From a virus (taxonomy: Duplodnaviria > Heunggongvirae > Uroviricota > Caudoviricetes), in IMG/VR virus record IMGVR_UViG_2585427971_000010: 51,466 nt of DNA. The stretch is one strand, 5' to 3'. How positions within the stretch are numbered: position 1 is the first letter of the stretch; each line of letters starts with the position of its first letter. The notes under the pieces were generated by a model. That model had not been told where the DNA came from. It was given only the letters and a program-made list of their open reading frames with translations, and did no database searches. Made by a program: the position numbers and the translations under genes. Below, in pieces: positions 27,199 to 36,391 of this stretch.

Positions 27199-27441
27199 AG
27201 TGATTCCTCATGATATAAAGACCCAACAATATAAATTACCAGGCACATCATAAGATAGGGTTCCAGCCCATATTTTCAAATATTTGCAAGTATCACCGTT
27301 CAGTCTAAAAAGTTGGATGATGATTTAACGAGCCATAACAAAACCCTGCCTCGGAGGTTTTTTCTTTTTTATAGAACTCAGCGGCGTGAAAACGAATAAT
27401 AAATTGTGCAAATAGTGCAGTTTTTATTATTCGAGGTAATT

Positions 27442-28083
27442 ATGAAAACCTTCTATGAGGACTGGCCTGAAACTTTCGTTAGCCGGTTAGATATGTTACG
27501 GGCGTTGGATGATCGCGGTTCGACCCGGAGGCTCTATCTTGAACGGACCGGGGCAATATTTGACGCTCTGGCAGAAGAGATACGTACAGTCGTTGCCGGG
27601 CATCCTGAAATCGACGTGAGTGAACTTGATATCGGGCCGCTGTATCGCTATTACAAACGTGGAGAAAAGGGGAATCCGCTGGCTGACTTACTTATTGAGT
27701 TGGCTCCACCAACTTGTGAACGGGTTCGTATATCTCCTGAAGTGTACATAATCCCGTATCTGTTTTTTGCACTGTTGATAGCGCAAGGCGCTGACAACGA
27801 TGCCCGCGATTTTTTCAATATGATGATGCGACCGTTAATCATCGCCTACCGTTTCAAACAACTGGCGCGATACCTGGGAACAAAGGGCGGAGGACGACCA
27901 CAGCACAGATTAAAAAGCGAAGCCATTGAACTGGCTGATCGTTTTTTTACTGAAAACCCGACAGCGCCATTATCGCGTGGCGTGCAATACATATCCGGTA
28001 TTTTTGTGGCGAAATACTCTGACCCACCTGCAGCGTCGACGATTAGAAAATGGTTAATTCCAATTTACAGGAGTGATAAATAA
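27442..28083 (+). CDS. hypothetical protein
   Basis: 213 aa from internal Met (MKTFYEDWPETF…); central hydrophobic stretch (IIPYLFFALLIAQG). Confidence 0.5.
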   Translation: MKTFYEDWPETFVSRLDMLRALDDRGSTRRLYLERTGAIFDALAEEIRTVVAGHPEIDVSELDIGPLYRYYKRGEKGNPLADLLIELAPPTCERVRISPEVYIIPYLFFALLIAQGADNDARDFFNMMMRPLIIAYRFKQLARYLGTKGGGRPQHRLKSEAIELADRFFTENPTAPLSRGVQYISGIFVAKYSDPPAASTIRKWLIPIYRSDK

Positions 28084-28234
28084 TGACCATAAACGGTTTA
28101 ATCCCCTATAAAACCGTTTAATAAAATTCACGACGTGAATATAATTGTTCATTATTCCCTCATTGTATTTGGCGTTATGACAAATGCCATAAAATACTGT
28201 ATAAATATACAGGTTGTGGCATTGGGGGGAAGAC

Positions 28235-28414
28235 ATGAATATTCAAGAATCTATAGGCGAACTACCGGAAACATGCCGGGCTGTTATCAAGCGTAAGGAC
28301 GGACACATCGTTGGTGTGCGTGTTCTGACCGATGATGAGCGGATTGCCAGCCTGATGGCGTTTCTCGAGTTGGCAGAAATAGCTGGATATACTATTACAC
28401 CCCCTGACGCGTAA
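28235..28414 (+). CDS. hypothetical small protein
   Basis: 59 aa from internal Met (MNIQESIGELPETCRAV…), G-rich SD-like sequence upstream. Confidence 0.35.
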   Translation: MNIQESIGELPETCRAVIKRKDGHIVGVRVLTDDERIASLMAFLELAEIAGYTITPPDA

Positions 28415-28491
28415 AACACGGTATAATATCGGTGCTGGATTGAACACCCGGCATCATTTTCTGAACACTGCCGCGCCACCTGGAGTTAACC

Positions 28492-29088
28492 ATGGCGCAG
28501 CATTCATTTATCAGGGTATCCGGCGGTTCGCTAATACCCGCGACACCAGACACGCAACGCTGGTTGACTGAACGAGTCAAACCAGGTGCTGTTGTGTATG
28601 CAGATTTCAAACAGGCGCGTAATCCCGCGTTTCATCGTAAATTTTTCTCACTTCTCAACCTGGGCTTTGATTACTGGCATCCGTCCGGAGGGGCTATTTC
28701 TCCTGCGGAGCGCGAACTGGTTCACGGCTACGTTAAGTTACTGGCGTATTACGGTGGACACGGTGATGTCATGGCAGAGCTGGCTGATCAGTATCTTCTC
28801 GATGAGTCGGAAAAGCGCGCGGGGAGTATCAGTGCGGTGAAGTCGTTCGAGGCGTTTCGCGCATGGGCGATTATGGAAGCTGGGTTTTATGACGTTCATC
28901 AGATGCCAGACGGCAGTTTGATGCGCGTACCTCGTTCAATCTCGTTTGCAGCGATGGACGATCTTGAGTTCGGTCAACTGTATTCAGCCGTTTTAGATGT
29001 GCTGTGGAATTATATTTTGTTCCGCACATTTGCCTCTCAGGAGGCCGCTGAAAATGCCGCCGCGCAGCTGCTGGATTACACATCATGA
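28492..29088 (+). CDS. lambdoid nin-region protein (DUF1367/YbcN-like)
   Basis: 198 aa; position and sequence pattern typical of the gene preceding YbcO-like and Q genes in lambdoid prophages; SD GGAG. Confidence 0.55.
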   Translation: MAQHSFIRVSGGSLIPATPDTQRWLTERVKPGAVVYADFKQARNPAFHRKFFSLLNLGFDYWHPSGGAISPAERELVHGYVKLLAYYGGHGDVMAELADQYLLDESEKRAGSISAVKSFEAFRAWAIMEAGFYDVHQMPDGSLMRVPRSISFAAMDDLEFGQLYSAVLDVLWNYILFRTFASQEAAENAAAQLLDYTS

Positions 29089-29378
29089 AAAAAATCGACC
29101 TGAGAAAAGCTGCACGCAGTCGCGCTTGTACTGTGCGTATCCCCGGTGTGTGCAATCACAATCCTGAAACCAGCGTACTGGCTCATTATCGTCTCGCCGG
29201 AACGTGCGGCACAGCCATCAAACCTCACGATATGCAGGGCGCTATCGCCTGCAGTGCGTGTCACGATGCCATCGACGGACGTACAAAAACGGATTACGAG
29301 CACGACTCATTGTTGTTGATGCACGCTGAGGGAGTTTTCAGAACACTGGCTATCTGGCGCGATGAGGAGTTTATCTGA
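29085..29378 (+). CDS. YbcO-like protein (DUF1364; putative metal-binding nuclease)
   Basis: Recalls E. coli DLP12 YbcO (LRKAARSRACTVRIPGVCNHNPETSVLAH… CSACHD). Confidence 0.6.
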   Translation: MKKIDLRKAARSRACTVRIPGVCNHNPETSVLAHYRLAGTCGTAIKPHDMQGAIACSACHDAIDGRTKTDYEHDSLLLMHAEGVFRTLAIWRDEEFI

Positions 29379-30049
29379 TGAGTAACGAGTATTTATTGGA
29401 ATATACCCGCATAAAACTGCGCGCTGCATTGCGGGATTTGTCTGGTGGTTCTAAGGGGCAACTGGAAGCATTGTGTGAGCACCCACCGGCAGACAAAAAC
29501 GCATACCCACGCAAACATATTCACCGTGTGCAGCTGGAGGACCGGACCGTTGATGCTCTGGTTACGCCAGTTTACGCTCTGGAAAGTTTCAGCAGACGTC
29601 GCCCCGCGCCGCCGATGAGTGATTTTGAATTTGCTGATTCATCCTGGCGGCGTTCTGTGAACTCGCTGGATGCAAGTCAGCAAGCGTGGTTGCGTTATTG
29701 CTACGGTGGTAACCTGGCATTCAAACACCAAACAGCTATTTGTGAGGCTGTCTGGAGTCGCTATAAAGGAAACATCCCCGCGTCAACTCAGAGAAAAGTA
29801 GTTAAGCGCCTGCTTTCGTTGGTGTGGTTGTCCGTGCAGGCGGTCGCAGCAGCAAATAAACGCGAGGATTTTAAGGAGATGGCCGGATCTACCCTAGCAG
29901 GAATGCTGTCGGTTTCTCGTTCCACCTGGTGCGAAACATACTCCCTGCACTGGGTAGGAATGAAAGAGGCGGTGAGAGCACTTGATGAAGTGGCACTTCT
30001 TGCAACTTTGCATCATTATCAGAACCATTTAGACGACGTTTGCGTATAA
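29378..30049 (+). CDS. late-gene antitermination protein Q-like
   Basis: 223 aa immediately upstream of the lysis cassette; recalls Q-type antiterminators of E. coli lambdoid prophages. Confidence 0.6.
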   Translation: MSNEYLLEYTRIKLRAALRDLSGGSKGQLEALCEHPPADKNAYPRKHIHRVQLEDRTVDALVTPVYALESFSRRRPAPPMSDFEFADSSWRRSVNSLDASQQAWLRYCYGGNLAFKHQTAICEAVWSRYKGNIPASTQRKVVKRLLSLVWLSVQAVAAANKREDFKEMAGSTLAGMLSVSRSTWCETYSLHWVGMKEAVRALDEVALLATLHHYQNHLDDVCV

Positions 30050-30080
30050 TGCTTGCAAAAACGAACAAAATAGGCCATAT

Positions 30081-30161
30081 TTGACGCTAATTTGGTATGT
30101 TGCCAAATTTCTAAGAACCTCGCTACGGCGGGGTTTTGTCGTTTCTGAATCAGGAAAAATC
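30081..30161 (+). promoter_or_regulatory. candidate late promoter / Q-utilisation region with hairpin and U-rich tract (tR'-like)
   Basis: Interval between Q and holin contains a GC-rich hairpin-like segment followed by TTTTGTCGTTT. Assigned by position. Confidence 0.3.
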
Positions 30162-30545
30162 ATGTCTGAACCTCTAACCGCTGGCGTTGCTGCTGGCTCG
30201 GCGGGGGTGACGTTTGCTGCGTTATTTCCTGAGGCAACACCTGCAGTGATGATCTGTGCGCTGGCAGGCGCAGCTCTCTATGTGTTGTCGTCCGGGCAGC
30301 ATCGATTCTGGAAGCAGGTTATTTTCGCACTCATTTCGTTTGTTGGCGGTGTGTATTGCGCTGAGACAGCGTCAGCCATCATTACCGGTATTCTGAACGC
30401 GGTGCTGAGTCACCTGAACCCTCCCGTAACAGTAAAAGTCTCTCCCGCCATTGGTGCACTGGTTGCATCAGTAATCAGCGTTACATCACTGTTGCGGATC
30501 ATGTCACAAGCTCGTTTATGGAAATCAGATAAGGGGATGAAATAA
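30162..30545 (+). CDS. holin
   Basis: 127 aa from internal Met (MSEPLTAGVAAGSAGVTFAALF…), multiple TM helices, first gene after Q. Confidence 0.6.
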   Translation: MSEPLTAGVAAGSAGVTFAALFPEATPAVMICALAGAALYVLSSGQHRFWKQVIFALISFVGGVYCAETASAIITGILNAVLSHLNPPVTVKVSPAIGALVASVISVTSLLRIMSQARLWKSDKGMK

Positions 30546-30817
30546 TGACCCTGCACTCTGTCCTCATCAATGCCAATGCAATTATTTGTCTGATGTTGGC
30601 ACTACGGTTGATGTTTTTTCAAAAAACAGGCCGCTATCGTTTTTTCATCTCACTAACTGCTTACCTCGCGATTCTGTCTGCTGCGTGGATAGCCCTACGA
30701 ATTTTTTACGGGAAATATACGCAGGTTGATCCCGCAGAGTTCTTTCTCAACCTCACCATCTGTATTGCTGTCTGGCGGGCACGAGGGAATATTTCAAAAA
30801 TAACAGGAGACAGGTAA
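30545..30817 (+). CDS. lysis-associated membrane protein (second holin-like protein)
   Basis: 90 aa, 2-3 TM helices, between holin and endolysin. Confidence 0.45.
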   Translation: MTLHSVLINANAIICLMLALRLMFFQKTGRYRFFISLTAYLAILSAAWIALRIFYGKYTQVDPAEFFLNLTICIAVWRARGNISKITGDR

Positions 30818-31296
30818 TGACGGATCCTAAATGGCTAATCGAGGCTCGAAAAAACCTCGGCATTCGGGAAATGAAAGGGAAGCAACATGCTGCAGAAATT
30901 GTGCAGTACTGGAAAGATATCAAACGCGGCGGCATTAAGGATGACGAAACACCGTGGTGCGCTGCTTTCACCGGGGCAATGCTGGAACGTGCGGGTATTC
31001 GCTCAACGCGTTTTGAGTCTGCGAATTCTTATCTCGATTGGGGTAATGAACTGAAGGAACCCGCCTATGGATGCATTGCTATTCTGTCTCGGTCTGGCGG
31101 TGGTCACGTCGGCTTTGTTGTCGGGAAAAATGCCGCCGGGGATTTAATGATTTTGGGGGGCAACCAGGCAGATGAAGTAAATATCAAAGCTTTTCCTCGT
31201 TCCCGCGTAACAGGCTACCGCTGGCCAGCAGGTCAAACGGATGTTCCACAATCACTTCCATTGGTGAATGCTGAGAAATCTATCTCAGAAGCGTAG
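30817..31296 (+). CDS. endolysin-like cell-wall hydrolase (Cys/His papain-like, CHAP/NlpC-P60-type)
   Basis: Candidate catalytic Cys (ETPWCAAFTG) and His (GGGHVGFVVG); located in the lysis cassette. Confidence 0.55.
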   Translation: MTDPKWLIEARKNLGIREMKGKQHAAEIVQYWKDIKRGGIKDDETPWCAAFTGAMLERAGIRSTRFESANSYLDWGNELKEPAYGCIAILSRSGGGHVGFVVGKNAAGDLMILGGNQADEVNIKAFPRSRVTGYRWPAGQTDVPQSLPLVNAEKSISEA

Positions 31297-31303
31297 GTAA
31301 AAC

Positions 31304-31498
31304 GTGAAAAAACTTCTCTTAGCTGTCGCGTTCTTCACGCTGGCAGGCTGCACACATTCGACATACACCGAAGCGACTCGCGCTGACGGCAGCAGTATTA
31401 AACACGTGATGATCGCGCCGGGTACGAAGATTACTACTGCGAACGGTGGTTGTATTGATTCAACCGGGGCAGAGGCTTCATGCCTTGGTGGAAAATAG
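31304..31498 (+). CDS. small lipoprotein (possible o-spanin-like lysis accessory)
   Basis: GTG start; signal peptide with lipobox LAGC; 64 aa. Confidence 0.45.
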   Translation: MKKLLLAVAFFTLAGCTHSTYTEATRADGSSIKHVMIAPGTKITTANGGCIDSTGAEASCLGGK

Positions 31499-31518
31499 GG
31501 TAATTTACTTTAACGAGA

Positions 31519-31543
31519 GGCCGCCTTTTTGTTTTAAGGCGGC
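31519..31543. terminator. inverted repeat between convergent genes (possible bidirectional terminator)
   Basis: GGCCGCC-TTTTTGTTTTAA-GGCGGC. Confidence 0.3.
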
Positions 31544-31557
31544 ACACATTCAACAGA

Positions 31558-31818
31558 TTAAGGTAACTGATTTGACCATTTTGTTGCGCGCCAGTTGTTC
31601 TGAACCATAATCTTCTGAAGTATCTCATCTGAAGGCTCTGCTTCGCCGCTTAGCCATTCTCTTAAAGTTGAACAATTTAGATAAGAGGAGTTCGCACGAT
31701 AAAAAGATACGATGGCGTCCTCTGATAACTTCTCAGGAAACTTTTTTGGGTCAGCTTCTTTTAATATTACGCTCATTAAGGCTTCAATTTTTTCTCTGTT
31801 CATTTTTTGCGTTCTCAT
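31558..31818 (-). CDS. hypothetical protein (moron on opposite strand)
   Basis: 86-aa ORF between lysis and packaging genes. Confidence 0.4.
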   Translation of the reverse strand: MRTQKMNREKIEALMSVILKEADPKKFPEKLSEDAIVSFYRANSSYLNCSTLREWLSGEAEPSDEILQKIMVQNNWRATKWSNQLP

Positions 31819-32171
31819 GGTTGTTGTTTTTCTGTAATGATATCAATAAGTTCAAGATATATACATATATGGAAAACTTGTTCGGTAGTCTATCGATACA
31901 GCACAAAAGGATGGCTCGCTGCCAAAGTGAAAGCTTACGCTGATAATCAGATACACAAAGCTGATGTATGCAAACAAGTACGCCGCGAGGCTACAGTTGA
32001 GTTTGATGAACCTGATGCGAGCCCCTAATTCCTGTCCTGAAAGGGAGATAGCCCCCTGGTCGCGGGTCCTTTCCGAAATCCAAAACACCGAGGGTCGGTA
32101 GACGCGCAAAAACTCGCTCGTTTTTAGTATTTTTTCATTTTGGGTATTTCCGGTTCCGGTGAGGATTTTTA

Positions 32172-32738
32172 ATGGCAAGTCAGGCTGAGGTTGCAGCACA
32201 TTTACTGCTATCTGATCGTCGTCTGCGCGATCTCGCAAAACTTCCGGGAGCACCAGTCCCACAAGGACGTGGTGATTGGGAGCTAGACGCATGGCGCCAT
32301 TTTTATATTCGTTATCTCCGGAGCAATAGACGCGACACAACTAGTAATGACGAACCGGAAGCGGGGGACAATTCTCCCGAAAAAAATCGCGAGCAGTGGC
32401 TGAAAAATGAGGAACGACAGGAGCGAATCCTGATGGCACGAGTAAAACGCCGCATTCTCGCTAAACGCTACGCGCCAATTGAATTAATTAGCGTCGCTGT
32501 ATCTCGCGTCGCCGTTGAATTACGTACCCGCGTCGAGTCGTGGCCACCACGCCTGAAAAAGGTCTGGCCGGAGATGCCGCAAGAGGCGAGCAGTGTATTA
32601 CGAGAGGAGCTGGCGATAGCCTTAAATGAGTTGTCAGACATACGAATCGACTTCAGCGATTACGATGTCAGCGATATCGAACGCGATCTCGACAGGGTTG
32701 AATCCCTTGCGCGTGACGATACCGATGACGGGTGTTGA
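32172..32738 (+). CDS. terminase small subunit
   Basis: 188 aa immediately upstream of and overlapping the gpA-like large subunit; SD GAGG; acidic C-terminus. Confidence 0.6.
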   Translation: MASQAEVAAHLLLSDRRLRDLAKLPGAPVPQGRGDWELDAWRHFYIRYLRSNRRDTTSNDEPEAGDNSPEKNREQWLKNEERQERILMARVKRRILAKRYAPIELISVAVSRVAVELRTRVESWPPRLKKVWPEMPQEASSVLREELAIALNELSDIRIDFSDYDVSDIERDLDRVESLARDDTDDGC

Positions 32739-34587
32739 GTGGGCTGATAAATATTTTTATCTCCCTGAGGGCTCCAGCCACATCGCTGGGCACTGGACGA
32801 CTCAGCCGGTCCAGGTAGTGATGCTCAATATGATGACGAACGACGCGATAAAAATCGTGTCTGTTCGCAAATCAGCTCGTCTCGGTTATACAAAAATACT
32901 CGTCGCGGCGCTGCTCTATTTCGCTGAGCACAAAAAACGTAGTGCCGTGGTCTATCAGCCTATCGATGACGAATCGGATGGATTTGTCGCCGACGAGGTT
33001 GACCCCGCTATCGCCGAAATGCCAGTGATTCAGAAAATTTTCCCCGACTGGGATAAAAGCAACGAGCGTAACAATCTCCAGCGTAAAGAAATGAGCGGCG
33101 CGATTCTTGATTTTCGCGGCGCGAGTGCACCAGGAAATTTCCGGCGACTAACGAAACAGGTTGTCGAGGGTGACGAAGTTGACGGCTGGCCGCTGGAAGT
33201 TGCCAAAAAAGGCAAAGGCGAGGGCTCGCCCATCGAACTGGCGCTCGTTCGAATTAAAGGGGCAGCGTACCCGAAGGCGATTTTTGGTTCGACGCCGACC
33301 GTTACCGGCAAAAGTCATATCGAAATGCTCGAAGACGCTGCCGATCTGACGTTTCGTTTTTACCTGACATGTCCGCATTGTGGCGAGGAGCAGGTCCTGG
33401 TATTTGGTTTCGACGGTATCGAATACGGCCTCAAATGGGATAACAGCCTGCAGACCAATGAGGCGAAATCGTCGTCCGCGTATTACCAGTGCTGCCACTG
33501 CCCGGAACATTTTTACTATCGCGATCTCGAAAAAATGGAGTTCGGGGGGCGCTGGATAGCCGAGGACTGCACCTGGACCCGAGACGGCATTCATTTTTTT
33601 GATCATGACGGTGGCGTCGTTCGCGCGCCGAAACACGCTGCGATCGTGATAAACGCCCTGTATTCACTAAACCTCGATGGATGGGGCGAGATTGTCAGCG
33701 AGTGGCTGAAAGCGAAAGGCGACCCGCTCAAGGAAAAGACGTTTCATAACACGACGCTCGGCGAACTCTGGAGCGACGTGGCCAGCGAGCAGCTGGAGCA
33801 CGATATTCTGGTTAATCGCCGGGAAAAATACGCCAGCCAGGTTCCTGACGGTGTTGTTTATATAACCGGCGGCATCGACTCTCAGACGTCCGGGCGCTAC
33901 GAGTGTTATGTGTGGGGCTGGGGAGCCGAGGAGGAGTGCTGGCTGATTGATAAAACAATCGTCCTCGGTCGCTACGACGAGGAGGACACGCTGCAGCGCG
34001 TCGACGGAGTGATTCGCAAACAATACCGGCGCAGCGACGGGACCACAATCGGCGTCAGTCGCTGGGCGTGGGATACCGGTGGTATAGATGCGCAGGTCGT
34101 TTATAACCGCTCGCTGAAACTCGGTCCGCTGTGGGTCATTCCAATCAAGGGCGCGAGCTCATACGGCCAGCCGGTCGTAAATATGCCTCGTACCCGTAAC
34201 GCGAATAAAGTGTATTTGTCGTTGATTGGGACAGATACAGCGAAAGACCTGCTCGCAATGCGCCTGCAGCTGGAACCCGACTCCAAATCGGCGACACCAG
34301 GTGCGATTCATTTTCCCAACGACGACGAAATATTCAGCACGACAGAGGCAAAACAGCTCGTCTCCGAGGTTCTGATCCCGAAACTCATTAACGGTCGCGT
34401 CGTTTATCGTTGGGACAACCAGGGCCGGCGAAATGAGGCGCTCGACTGCTGGGTGTACGGACTGGCAGCGCTGCGTATCAGTAAAATTCGTTTCCAGCTC
34501 AATCTCGAGACGCTCGCTGAGCAACGGAAAAAATCACAAAACAAACTGTCTCTCGAGGAGATGGCCAGAATGCTCGGAGGGAGCTAA
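32665..34587 (+). CDS. terminase large subunit (lambda gpA family)
   Basis: Extensive recalled similarity to lambda gpA (TGVEWADKYFYLPEGS…, CPHCGEEQ, DALDCWVYGLAALRIS). Start uncertain (32626, 32665 or 32725). Confidence 0.85.
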   Translation: MSAISNAISTGLNPLRVTIPMTGVEWADKYFYLPEGSSHIAGHWTTQPVQVVMLNMMTNDAIKIVSVRKSARLGYTKILVAALLYFAEHKKRSAVVYQPIDDESDGFVADEVDPAIAEMPVIQKIFPDWDKSNERNNLQRKEMSGAILDFRGASAPGNFRRLTKQVVEGDEVDGWPLEVAKKGKGEGSPIELALVRIKGAAYPKAIFGSTPTVTGKSHIEMLEDAADLTFRFYLTCPHCGEEQVLVFGFDGIEYGLKWDNSLQTNEAKSSSAYYQCCHCPEHFYYRDLEKMEFGGRWIAEDCTWTRDGIHFFDHDGGVVRAPKHAAIVINALYSLNLDGWGEIVSEWLKAKGDPLKEKTFHNTTLGELWSDVASEQLEHDILVNRREKYASQVPDGVVYITGGIDSQTSGRYECYVWGWGAEEECWLIDKTIVLGRYDEEDTLQRVDGVIRKQYRRSDGTTIGVSRWAWDTGGIDAQVVYNRSLKLGPLWVIPIKGASSYGQPVVNMPRTRNANKVYLSLIGTDTAKDLLAMRLQLEPDSKSATPGAIHFPNDDEIFSTTEAKQLVSEVLIPKLINGRVVYRWDNQGRRNEALDCWVYGLAALRISKIRFQLNLETLAEQRKKSQNKLSLEEMARMLGGS

Positions 34588-34820
34588 TGACGTCGCGCGA
34601 GGTTTTAACAGAACGACTGCTGGAAGCGGAAATCGCTCTGCACAAATTATTAACGGGTAAATCGACCGTGTCGCTGTCTCACGGCGATTCAGCAGGAAAT
34701 AACCGGAGCTATCAATACTCGCAGGCGAGTATTGAGCAGCTCCGAACGTACATTATCGAGCTGAAATCACAGCTCGGTCTGAGTACGGGACGCCGTCGGC
34801 CCGTGGGAGTTCGATTATGA
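34587..34820 (+). CDS. head-tail joining protein (lambda gpW-like)
   Basis: 77 aa; resembles lambda W; SD GGAGGGAG. Confidence 0.65.
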   Translation: MTSREVLTERLLEAEIALHKLLTGKSTVSLSHGDSAGNNRSYQYSQASIEQLRTYIIELKSQLGLSTGRRRPVGVRL

Positions 34821-36391
34821 CTGCTCCGCAGCAGCTGCTCGGGCCTGACGGTAAAACGCCACTACGCCGTTACGCGGGGTATAACGGCGGCGGTCCCGGT
34901 TTCGGTGGCCAGCTGATTGACTGGAACGCACCACAGCAGAGCGCCGACGCAGCACTGTTGCCGAATTTTTATCGCGGTAACGCGCGAGCAGACGATCTCG
35001 TTCGCAATAACGGCGTCGCGTCGAACGCCGTGCAGCTGCACCAGGATCATATCGTCGGCAATCTGTTTAAGTTGAGTTATCGCCCTAACTGGCGTTACCT
35101 CGGCATATCTCGCGAGGACGCCAGGGCGCTGGCGCGTGACGTCGAGGTAGCGTGGACTGAATACGCCGAGGACCCTCACTGCACGATTGATATCGAGCGG
35201 AAACGGACGTTCACAATGATGATCCGCGAGGGCGTGGCTACTCACGCTTTCAACGGTGAAACCTGCGTACAACCAGTCTGGGAGAGTAGTGCCGGCAGCG
35301 TTTTTCGGACGCGATTCAAAATGGTCTCACCGAAACGGATTCGAAATCCGGGTTACGCAGCTGACACTCAATTTCGCCGCGCCGGTGTTGATATCGATAA
35401 AAACGGGGCCGCGGTCGGGTACTGGATAGCCGAGGATACTTACCCTCTCGGCGGAGTCGGTAAATGCCGGCGTATCCCAGCACAGCTCAGCAGCGGCAGA
35501 CACGCATTCATCCACATATTCGAGCCGCTCGAGGACGGACAGACCCGCGGGGACAATATTTTTTACAGCGTCATGGAGCGCCTGAAAATGCTCGACACAC
35601 TGCAGCAAACACAACTGCAGAGCGCCATTGTGAAGGCGATGTATGCCGCGACAATCGAATCAGAGCTCGACAGCCAGCAGGCGTTTGAATATATCGCCGG
35701 CGCGGGTACTGATATCGACTCGAACCCGCTGAATTCGTTTATTCAGAGTTACGTGACGTACTACAACGGCGCAAATATCAAGCTCGGTGGTGTGAAAGTT
35801 CCCCACCTGCATCCCGGCGACAAACTCAGTTTACAGACCGCTCAGAATGCTGATGCTGGTTTTAGTTCACTGGAAAAATCACTCCTGCGTTACGTTGCAG
35901 CTGGCGTTGGCGCGTCATACGAAGAACTTAGCCGGGACTACAGCCAGGTCAGTTACTCCAGCGCCCGGGCCAGTGCTAACGTCAGCTGGCGATTTTTCAT
36001 GGGGCGTCGACGTTTTATCGCCGCGCGACAGGCGTCGCTGATGTTCTGCTGCTGGTTTGAAGAGGCGCTGGCACGCGGAATTATCACCCTGCCACGCTCA
36101 GCTGTCCGGTCGTTTTATGAGGCGCGGAACTCCTGGACGAACGCGCTCTGGATCGGCGCTGGTCGCATGGCGATTGATGGGCTGAAAGAGGTTCAGGAGA
36201 GCGCCATGCGCATCACAACTGGCCTCAGCACGTATCAGAACGAACTGGCGCTGCAGGGACAGGATTACGAGGAGGTTATGGAGCAGCAGGAATACGAAAT
36301 TCAGCGCCGGCGTGAAATGGGGCTGAGCGAACCGTCATGGTCTGTATCTCACCCCTCAAATACCAACGATAACGGCTGGGGAGGTAACTGA
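34817..36391 (+). CDS. portal protein (lambda gpB family)
   Basis: Long collinear similarity to lambda B (LLGPDG…YAGY.GGG.GFGGQL, NARADDLVRNNG, HQDHIVG, RGDNIFYSVMERLKMLDTLQQTQLQSAIVKAMYAATIESELD). Confidence 0.85.
   Translation: MTAPQQLLGPDGKTPLRRYAGYNGGGPGFGGQLIDWNAPQQSADAALLPNFYRGNARADDLVRNNGVASNAVQLHQDHIVGNLFKLSYRPNWRYLGISREDARALARDVEVAWTEYAEDPHCTIDIERKRTFTMMIREGVATHAFNGETCVQPVWESSAGSVFRTRFKMVSPKRIRNPGYAADTQFRRAGVDIDKNGAAVGYWIAEDTYPLGGVGKCRRIPAQLSSGRHAFIHIFEPLEDGQTRGDNIFYSVMERLKMLDTLQQTQLQSAIVKAMYAATIESELDSQQAFEYIAGAGTDIDSNPLNSFIQSYVTYYNGANIKLGGVKVPHLHPGDKLSLQTAQNADAGFSSLEKSLLRYVAAGVGASYEELSRDYSQVSYSSARASANVSWRFFMGRRRFIAARQASLMFCCWFEEALARGIITLPRSAVRSFYEARNSWTNALWIGAGRMAIDGLKEVQESAMRITTGLSTYQNELALQGQDYEEVMEQQEYEIQRRREMGLSEPSWSVSHPSNTNDNGWGGN

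Noticed and set aside
27330-27370. Stem-loop followed by a T-rich run resembling an intrinsic terminator
   Set aside because: Stem pairing is imperfect and it lies in a divergent promoter region where no upstream transcript obviously needs terminating; left unannotated.
31852-32340. 162-aa minus-strand ORF overlapping the terminase small subunit start
   Set aside because: Overlaps the strongly supported terminase gene and the putative cos region; odd composition; likely not coding.
33148-34524. Minus-strand ORFs inside the lambda gpA-like terminase gene
   Set aside because: Antisense to a very well-supported gene.
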